Assembly: GCA_963770835.1 (NCBI GenBank)
Contig: CAVYRH010000026.1
Location: 96,001 to 160,000 of the forward strand
Source: an uncultured Pseudomonadota bacterium
GTDB taxonomy: Bacteria > Oederibacteriota > Muellerivitia > Muellerivitales > Muellerivitaceae
DNA length: 64,000 nt
Direction of reading: 5' to 3'
Part shown: piece by piece, positions 57,740 through 64,000 of the stretch
How positions within the stretch are numbered: the stretch's first letter is position 1
How the letters are laid out: every line of letters begins with the position of its first letter
Made by a program: the position numbers and the translations under genes
Notes under the pieces: generated by a model
The model's database searches: none
What the model was told of the DNA's origin: nothing
What the model saw: the letters and a program-made list of their open reading frames with translations, nothing else

Positions 57740-58150
57740 ATGGCGGTCAAAAAAATTCTGATGGTGGAAGATAACCCGGGGGATGTCCTGTTGGCCGAAA
57801 TAGCCATAGAGAAATTCGCGCCGAAGGAGTTTGCCCTGCAACATGAGGAATGCGTCCAAAACGCCCTGGGCCGCCTTTCCAAGGAATCCTTCGACGTGAT
57901 CCTGCTGGATCTTTTCCTGCCGGATGCCTCCGGCTTGGAAGCCCTTGTCCGGGTCCACGCGATCCATCCCAACGTCCCCATTATCGCGCTCACGGGCCTG
58001 ATGGATGAGAAAACGGCCCTGCTTGCCGAGCAAATGGGGGCCGTGATGTATTTCTGCAAGGACACCCTGTCCTGGGGAAATTTGGTCAAGGCGATTAAGA
58101 AATTGGAGGGATTCCAAAGCGAAGGCCCCCGGGAGCGGGTTGAGGCTTAA
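57740..58150 (+). CDS. single-domain response regulator (paralog of 56442)
   Basis: Same length and motifs; collinear with 56442..56852. Confidence 0.9.
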   Translation: MAVKKILMVEDNPGDVLLAEIAIEKFAPKEFALQHEECVQNALGRLSKESFDVILLDLFLPDASGLEALVRVHAIHPNVPIIALTGLMDEKTALLAEQMGAVMYFCKDTLSWGNLVKAIKKLEGFQSEGPRERVEA

Positions 58151-58252
58151 CCACCTCCGGTTTTCGCGCCCCTTTTTCCGTTCAATTTCTCCGGACTTTA
58201 TGGGTGTGTCGCCCCTCCTTCCGTATTAAATTAATCGAAGGAGGGCATTCCG

Positions 58253-58678
58253 ATGACGTTTTCACCGATTCATTTGATCCGAAATAAACCGGTCTGCCTT
58301 GTCGTCTTGCTCATTCAAATAGCCTTAGTTGGGGCCTGCGCGTCCAGGGCCGAGGTCAAGCCCTCCCTCGTCGAAGACACCCTTTATTTCGGCCTTTCAA
58401 CGCCTCAGGGCCCGGTCACCCCGGACCAATGGAATGATTTCCTGGGCAAGGAAGTGACACCCCGGTTTCCCGATGGCCTCACAGCTTGGGACGCGAAGGG
58501 ACAATGGAAGGACGTCCAGGGGAAGATCGGCAAAGAGCCCACGAAGGTTCTTTTACTCATCCATCCCGACAGCGACGCCGAGGATAAAGCGGTCCAGTTG
58601 ATCATTGATATTTATAAAAGGGAATTCCACCAGGAATCGGTCATGCGGGTTAAAAGCCAACCCCAAGTGTCGTTTTGA
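58253..58678 (+). CDS. DUF3574-like lipoprotein
   Basis: VGA-C lipobox; LYFGL, EVTPRFPDGLT, GQW, YKREFHQESV. Confidence 0.8.
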   Translation: MTFSPIHLIRNKPVCLVVLLIQIALVGACASRAEVKPSLVEDTLYFGLSTPQGPVTPDQWNDFLGKEVTPRFPDGLTAWDAKGQWKDVQGKIGKEPTKVLLLIHPDSDAEDKAVQLIIDIYKREFHQESVMRVKSQPQVSF

Positions 58679-58723
58679 GATAATGTCTCAGTAAGAGGTT
58701 CCAAATAAAAAGGAGGATATTCA

Positions 58724-59041
58724 ATGCGCTGGTACCACTACGTTTCATACTTTTGGGGCGGGGCTTTTCTCGCCAATGCCGTACCGCATTTCGTCAGCGG
58801 TGTGACGGGGCATCCCTTTCAAAGCCCCTTTGCTTCCCCGCCCGGGGAAGGATTGTCTTCCGCCACGGTGAACGTGTTATGGGGCTCGTTCAACCTCGTC
58901 ATCGCTTATTTGCTCCTGTGCCGCGTTGGAAAGTTTGACTTGCGGCAGACAAGGCATGTCCTGGTTGCCGGCCTGGGCGCGTTATTGATGGCGGTGATGC
59001 TCGCCCATGCGTTTGGACGGTTCTACGGTGGAAGTATTTAA
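58724..59041 (+). CDS. hypothetical membrane protein
   Basis: AGGAGG RBS; FLANAVPHFVSG...FQSPFASPPG; 3 TM. Confidence 0.75.
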   Translation: MRWYHYVSYFWGGAFLANAVPHFVSGVTGHPFQSPFASPPGEGLSSATVNVLWGSFNLVIAYLLLCRVGKFDLRQTRHVLVAGLGALLMAVMLAHAFGRFYGGSI

Positions 59042-59100
59042 GTTAATTCGCCTGGAATTCCAGCCGATTTTTGCGGCAATTCCGGGAGCGCCAAGTGGGG

Positions 59101-59508
59101 TTAGCTGGCTTTTTCGGACTCGCCCACTTCCAACCAGGCCAGGGCCTGTTCCAATTCGGTGAAGGTTCTCACGGGAAGGCCGTTGTTCACGCCCACGGTT
59201 TCCTCAAAACGCCGGGGGTCCACCAGGGGATGTTTTCCAATGACGGCGAACCGGCAGGGCAGGATGTTGCCGGTCAAGCGGGCCTTCAGGTATCTCATGC
59301 TGAATTGGGTGGCCATGTTGAAGCGCTCCATGGTGGAGGGATTGCCTTCCAGCCCCCGGACATCAAACAAGATCCGCCGGGCCTGGTGTTTTTTGCAAAG
59401 TTCCAGGATGCGGTCGGAGGTTTCGCCGATGCTGTGGTTGTCCCATTGACCTTCCAAGCTGATCCGAAGGTAGTTCGGTTGGGGATCGTCTTTTAGGATT
59501 TGCGCCAT
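59101..59508 (-). CDS. STAS/SpoIIAA-like hypothetical protein
   Basis: ILFDVR...FEETVGVNNG..VRTFTELEQALAWL. Confidence 0.7.
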   Translation of the reverse strand: MAQILKDDPQPNYLRISLEGQWDNHSIGETSDRILELCKKHQARRILFDVRGLEGNPSTMERFNMATQFSMRYLKARLTGNILPCRFAVIGKHPLVDPRRFEETVGVNNGLPVRTFTELEQALAWLEVGESEKAS

Positions 59509-59702
59509 GACAACTTCCGTCCCCCAGACCCTTTTGGAAAGACCTGGAGGAATCTTGTTATTATTTACGCATGTTAAAAGGAAACCAGGGAAATGGCCAG
59601 GGGCGTTTTTTGCCCGGTTTCAAAAGAAGGAGTGCCGGCTCAGGGATTGATTTTCAGGCCCTGACACCTTTTGATGAGTATGAAATAACCGGGAGAACTT
59701 CG

Positions 59703-59945
59703 ATGACCGTTGATGATTCCTTTCCGCCGGTTGATCCCATCGTTCCCACGCCGGCTCCCCATATCGTGGTTCCGCGCCAACGGCGTTTTTCGGACAGAAC
59801 CAGGCGGCTTATCAATGAATTGCGGCAGGAGCAGACAGAACTGACGGAAAAGAAGAAAAAGGGTTCGTCCGGAAAAGCGGCATCGAACAGGCCATCTCCC
59901 CCTCCTGCGCCCAACCCAGGCACCGGGTTCGACAAGTTGGCCTGA
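59703..59945 (+). CDS. small hypothetical protein
   Basis: GGGAG RBS before ATG (MTVDDSF...); Pro-rich and charged. Confidence 0.45.
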   Translation: MTVDDSFPPVDPIVPTPAPHIVVPRQRRFSDRTRRLINELRQEQTELTEKKKKGSSGKAASNRPSPPPAPNPGTGFDKLA

Positions 59946-60129
59946 ATTAAAGGCAACTGCCCGGAATAAATTCCACAAGCGAAGAGAACCAACCTTGTTG
60001 ATCACTTACTTCGGATCGGGGCCTTTCAGCTTGGGGAATTAACCGGGAAACTAAGGGCCGGATCCTTGATTTCCCCCGCTTCTTTCCAGCAAGCTATTTC
60101 AAAATCCGCGCTCAAGAAAGGCTCTTCCC

Positions 60130-60510
60130 ATGGAACAGGTAAAATAAATCCCCAGAGCATGCAACATCGGCCCCCAGGAACGGAAACTCCGCATGATCGG
60201 GGGCTGGATTAGGACCGTGGTTTTCCTGGCCTTGCTCGTTTATTTTCACCTGGGGGGAGTCCCGAAATGGGCCAACTTCTTCCTCTTCATTCCCGCCCTG
60301 ATGGGGTCTATCGGGCTGCTGCAATACTACCTTCACTTTTGCGTGAACTTCGGCCTGAGGGGGTTGATGAACGTCGATAAGGAAGCCTTTAAAACCGAAC
60401 CCGTTGAGCAGGCGGAGTTCCGCCGCCTGGACCGCCAAAATGCCTGGAAGATCATTTCCGTTGGATTGGGCCTCAGCCTTGCCGTGACTCTGGCGGCTTA
60501 TTTCTTTTAA
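60130..60510 (+). pseudogene. membrane protein with early in-frame stop
   Basis: MEQVK*IPRACNIGPQERKLRMIGG...; TAA at 60145 is in frame with ORF 60193..60510. Confidence 0.6.
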
Positions 60511-60664
60511 CCGAATGTAGACAGGGTCCCCTAGGTAATCATTTTTTCGTGGGCGCAAGGACCGGCCAAGAATAATTGATTGTTATGGAAGCGATGCCGC
60601 CTTATCCTTCTTAAAGATCCCGGCTGATTTCGAGACTTCACTTCGGGATTGTGGAGGCAACGGC

Positions 60665-61039
60665 ATGGGGAATCGGCTCAAAGGGTTGGTTTTTGTTGTT
60701 CTCTTAGCGGCGCCTTGTGCCCTACAAGCCACAACGGGCGGTTGAATACCGGATCCAGGGAATGGCCCTTTACTGGGCCGGGCAATACCAAAAAGCCGCC
60801 ACTTATTTCTTAAACGCCATCCAGGCCAATCCCAGCGACTGGAAATCCTATGAGGACCTGGGCGGCGCCTATGAGAGGCTCAACGACCCGGTGGATGCCC
60901 TGGATGTTTACCGCAAAGCCTCCGGCTGAATCCGGGCGACGCCAACCTTCGCGCCTATGTAAAGAGGCTGTCCAAGGTAGTCCGCGACCTTTCGCCCGCC
61001 CCCACGGCCGCTCCCCCACCCGCACCCGTTTCCAACTAA
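60665..61039 (+). pseudogene. secreted TPR protein with two frameshifts
   Basis: The signal peptide (MGNRLKGLVFVV..), TPR core (GMALYWAGQYQKAA..) and tail (RLNPGDANLRAYV..) require two frame changes, near 60737 and 60921. Confidence 0.65.
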
Positions 61040-61056
61040 CCGGCTCCGCCCCCAAC

Positions 61057-62562
61057 CTATGGCTGGGGCTGGGTCTTTTTCTTCCATGCCTGCGGCTGGG
61101 CCCGGTACCAATCGGCCTGGGCCAGCAAAATCAGCCGCTGGGAAATCCAGTTTTGCTGGACCAACAACGCGTTGTAATAGGCCCCCACGAAACTGAGCGC
61201 CTCGAACATATCCACCCGGCCCTTCTGGAACAGGGCCCGGCCCTCGTCCCGGTTTTTCCGGGAGTCCTCCAAAAGCCGGTTGGCCGTGTCGATGCGTTCC
61301 GACGATTTCTGGTAACGGATGGTCATGTCCTCCCACTGCTGGCTGTCGCTGTTCTCCGTTTCCTTCAGGTTGAATTCCTGCTGGCGGACGTTGAGCTTGG
61401 CGATCCGGTAGCTGGCGTTCCAGCGGGGGGTGAAGAGGTCGAAGGGCACGTTGACCGACAGGCCCACCGTGTAATCGGTGAGGTTGGGGTAGTTGAGGGG
61501 AGGGGGCGCGGGATAGCCGAAATCATCCTGGACCAGGTTGCCGTTGATGCTGCCGCCCAGCTCCACGTCCAGCTTGGTGCCTTCCTCGGCCACGACCAGC
61601 GCCTCATGGGCGCTTTCCAACTGGCGGCGGGTGGCTTCGAGGTCCAACCGGTCGGGATTGGCTGTGTCCCACTCGGCCGTCATCTGGCCGTTGAGTTCGT
61701 CCAGGCTTTGGAGTTCCTCCACTACTGCCGATCCTTCGACCCCGCGAAGGAGGTTGAAATTATCCCGGGCCAGCCTTTCCGAATCCTCCAAGGATTCGAC
61801 GGCCAATTGCTGGTTTTCCACCGCGGCCCGGGCCTGGGTCAGGTCCTGGGGGGAGCGGCGGGCCTGGGCCAGGTCCAGCAGTTCTTGGTCTTTTTGAAGG
61901 GCTTCCTTGGCAGCCGCCAGTTCGTTCCTCACCACGACTAGGGTGAAATAGGCCACCCTGCCGTTATAGAGGGTCTCCTGGATCAGGAAGTCGTTGTTTT
62001 CCGCCGTGGCATCGTTGGCCAGGAAATCCCTTTGGTCCTGGGCGTGGACATCGCGCCCTAGAAAGTTCTGCCAAAGTGGGATGCTGGCGCTCACGTTGAA
62101 GTTATCCCCCGAATTGTTATAGAGGTTCGTGCCCGCCATGTTGTCGTACATGGGCCAGGTATTGAAGGCCTGGAAACTGTCGCTCAGGGAAGTGTTAAGC
62201 CCGAAATCCCAGGAATTGGTGAAATTGATTCCCCCGGTCAAACCGTCGTTTTCCGTCAGGAGAGGATTGAAGGATTGGTAAGTGCCCGGATTGGTAAGGA
62301 TGCCGTTCTTGTAGGCATAAGCATAGTTGTAATCGTTGTAGGTTCCCCCGCCGCCCAGGGTGACGCCCATGCCGCCGCTCCAATGCTTGGCCAGGAGCAG
62401 GCGGTTCGTCTCGTTGGTCTTCCAGTTGATGACGGCCTGCCGGTAATTGGGGCCGGTGTGCCGCACTTGTTCCAAGTAATCCTCCAGGCCGAGGGTTTCG
62501 GCCCGGGCGCAGGAAACCAGCAGGAAAAAGCCGGCGAGCGTTTTTAAGGGAAAGCCTTTCAT
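61057..62562 (-). CDS. TolC-family outer membrane efflux protein
   Basis: Signal peptide; LGLEDYLEQV, ASIPLWQN, AYFTL, DYTVGLSVNVPF; helical repeats. Confidence 0.8.
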   Translation of the reverse strand: MKGFPLKTLAGFFLLVSCARAETLGLEDYLEQVRHTGPNYRQAVINWKTNETNRLLLAKHWSGGMGVTLGGGGTYNDYNYAYAYKNGILTNPGTYQSFNPLLTENDGLTGGINFTNSWDFGLNTSLSDSFQAFNTWPMYDNMAGTNLYNNSGDNFNVSASIPLWQNFLGRDVHAQDQRDFLANDATAENNDFLIQETLYNGRVAYFTLVVVRNELAAAKEALQKDQELLDLAQARRSPQDLTQARAAVENQQLAVESLEDSERLARDNFNLLRGVEGSAVVEELQSLDELNGQMTAEWDTANPDRLDLEATRRQLESAHEALVVAEEGTKLDVELGGSINGNLVQDDFGYPAPPPLNYPNLTDYTVGLSVNVPFDLFTPRWNASYRIAKLNVRQQEFNLKETENSDSQQWEDMTIRYQKSSERIDTANRLLEDSRKNRDEGRALFQKGRVDMFEALSFVGAYYNALLVQQNWISQRLILLAQADWYRAQPQAWKKKTQPQP

Positions 62563-62609
62563 GATGGAAACTCCTTTCAAATAGGCGAGATTAAAACCCA
62601 TAAGGCTCC

Positions 62610-63377
62610 TCATTGCTTCTTTTTAACCGGACTGACCGCCGGCGGAACGAAACCTTCTTTCGGGGGACGGCGGTGAAGGTAAAGCTTGGCCACTTGGAGG
62701 GGGCTCAAGAATCCCGGCAGGTCCTTCCCGTAATAATCCTGTTCGACCTGGTGTTTTTCCCGGACCGCCGTCAACAAGGCGTTGAGGGTGGGCTCGATTT
62801 CGGCGTCCGGCGCGCCGGCCTGGACGGCTTTTTCCAACCCCTGGTAGGCGGAAGCCTTTTCCGAGACTTTTACCTTCATGAGGCCCATCCATTGGGAGTT
62901 GGCGCTTTTCAATTGCTTGAGCTGGGCTGGGGTCAGGCCGATATAAGCCACCCAGTTCACTCCGTCCTTGGGACGGGAGGGAGGGACCGCCGACGGGACA
63001 TCGGGATGGAATTTCAGGTAGATCCTGGCCACCTGGCCCGGCGCGAGGAAGGACTGGAGGTTCTTCCAATAATCGTCGTCGGCCTTTTCCATGGTTTGAA
63101 GGCTCGAAAGGACCTGGCCCAGGACCGGCTGGACGGCGGTATCACCGGCGCCGGACAACACCTGCTTGGCGAGGTATTCGCTGTTTCCTTCCTTATCCTG
63201 GTAGGCTTGCTTGATCGTGGCGGACTTGGCCAGGTTGGAACCCCGGAGCTGCCGGCTTTGATCCTTGGTGAGCCCCAAGGATTGGTACCAGGTCGGCCCC
63301 GCGAAGGCGTAAGACGCGGCCAATAACGCCAATCCCAGGACCACGCCCGGGCCGGTTCGGCGAAAGTTTTCCATCAT
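62610..63377 (-). CDS. periplasmic protein with two Spy/CpxP-like repeats
   Basis: Signal peptide; LGLTKDQ..FLAPGQVARIYL and IGLTPAQ..FLSPLQVAKLYL. Confidence 0.65.
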   Translation of the reverse strand: MMENFRRTGPGVVLGLALLAASYAFAGPTWYQSLGLTKDQSRQLRGSNLAKSATIKQAYQDKEGNSEYLAKQVLSGAGDTAVQPVLGQVLSSLQTMEKADDDYWKNLQSFLAPGQVARIYLKFHPDVPSAVPPSRPKDGVNWVAYIGLTPAQLKQLKSANSQWMGLMKVKVSEKASAYQGLEKAVQAGAPDAEIEPTLNALLTAVREKHQVEQDYYGKDLPGFLSPLQVAKLYLHRRPPKEGFVPPAVSPVKKKQ

Positions 63378-63462
63378 CTCCTCCAGTCGTTCACGGCATT
63401 CATTTGTCCTGCGTCCCCCTCAGGCGATTCCGCATTTACTCTGCTCCGCAAGGTTTCTGTTC

Positions 63463-63864
63463 TCAATCGCCGCAAACGTTCGGATCGTAACCGGGGCAGC
63501 TGGGATCGGAACAAGGATCAACGTCGCAGGGATCGGGGTCGCAAACAGCCGGGTCGTAACCGGGGCAGCTGGGGTCCGAACAGGGATCTGAATCGCAAGG
63601 ATCGGTATCGCAAATGGAGGGGTCATAGTTGTAACAGCTGGGGTCGTAGCAGGGGTCGGTATCGCAGGGATCGGGGTTGCAAACAGTGGGATCGTAGTTA
63701 TAGCAACTCGGATCGTAGCAGGGATCGTTGTCACAAGGGTCCCCCTGGGCGACCGGCGCGGCGGGGACATAAGTATTACCGCCGTTGTTGACACAGGCCT
63801 GCAGGCCCGCGAGGACCACGATCAGGGACAGGGGAAAAAGAGGTGCGGCCCATTTGTGGTTCAA
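63463..63864 (-). CDS. Cys/Asp/Pro-repeat lipoprotein
   Basis: LQA-C lipobox; 4 x 23-aa DPCDxDPCxDPSCxxYDPxxCxx repeats. Confidence 0.75.
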   Translation of the reverse strand: MNHKWAAPLFPLSLIVVLAGLQACVNNGGNTYVPAAPVAQGDPCDNDPCYDPSCYNYDPTVCNPDPCDTDPCYDPSCYNYDPSICDTDPCDSDPCSDPSCPGYDPAVCDPDPCDVDPCSDPSCPGYDPNVCGD

Positions 63865-64000
63865 ATGCCAATCCTTCGGCGATGATCAGTTGGTTCCGCT
63901 TGGTGCCTTTTCTGCGTGCTTATTATAGAGACGTTCCAACCTTTTGAATCCTCCTGATAGGTCGCCGGATTCCATTTTTATTTTGAATAAAGGGAAAATG

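Noticed and set aside
1..64000. CRISPR array, integron, IS or prophage
   Set aside because: No regularly spaced repeat-spacer array and no cas, integrase, transposase or phage genes were recognised

Overview
This is a GC-rich chromosomal window from a diderm bacterium (TolC, outer-membrane beta-barrel, lipoproteins). I found no integrase, transposase, reverse transcriptase, phage gene or CRISPR array. Housekeeping genes include an AddA-like helicase-nuclease, hpnCDE, queD-nadE, a lipoate ligase, lpdA, prfC, gcvT and tRNA-Val(CAC). Four signals stand out. (1) The addA-like gene carries five in-frame insertions of small palindromic repeats from three families, plus a fourth family nested inside one of them. 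One 69-bp element occurs twice in opposite orientation. (2) Three short coding duplications differ mostly or only at synonymous sites: the addA 5' end around a vapBC cassette, the lpdA 3' end around palindromic repeats, and a heptapeptide in an acyltransferase. (3) Seven paralogous ~700-aa GT-C-fold glycosyltransferase-like proteins with TPR-like C-termini are present, partly co-transcribed with hpnCDE, along with several Thr/Pro-rich secreted proteins. This may be a protein or surface O-glycosylation system. (4) Other oddities are a Cys/Asp/Pro-repeat lipoprotein next to Spy-like and TolC genes, a secreted Ser/Thr-rich protein resembling beta-pore formers, a partial arsenosugar (arsS) module and several pseudogenes. 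All product calls come from motif recognition by eye; no database searches were run.
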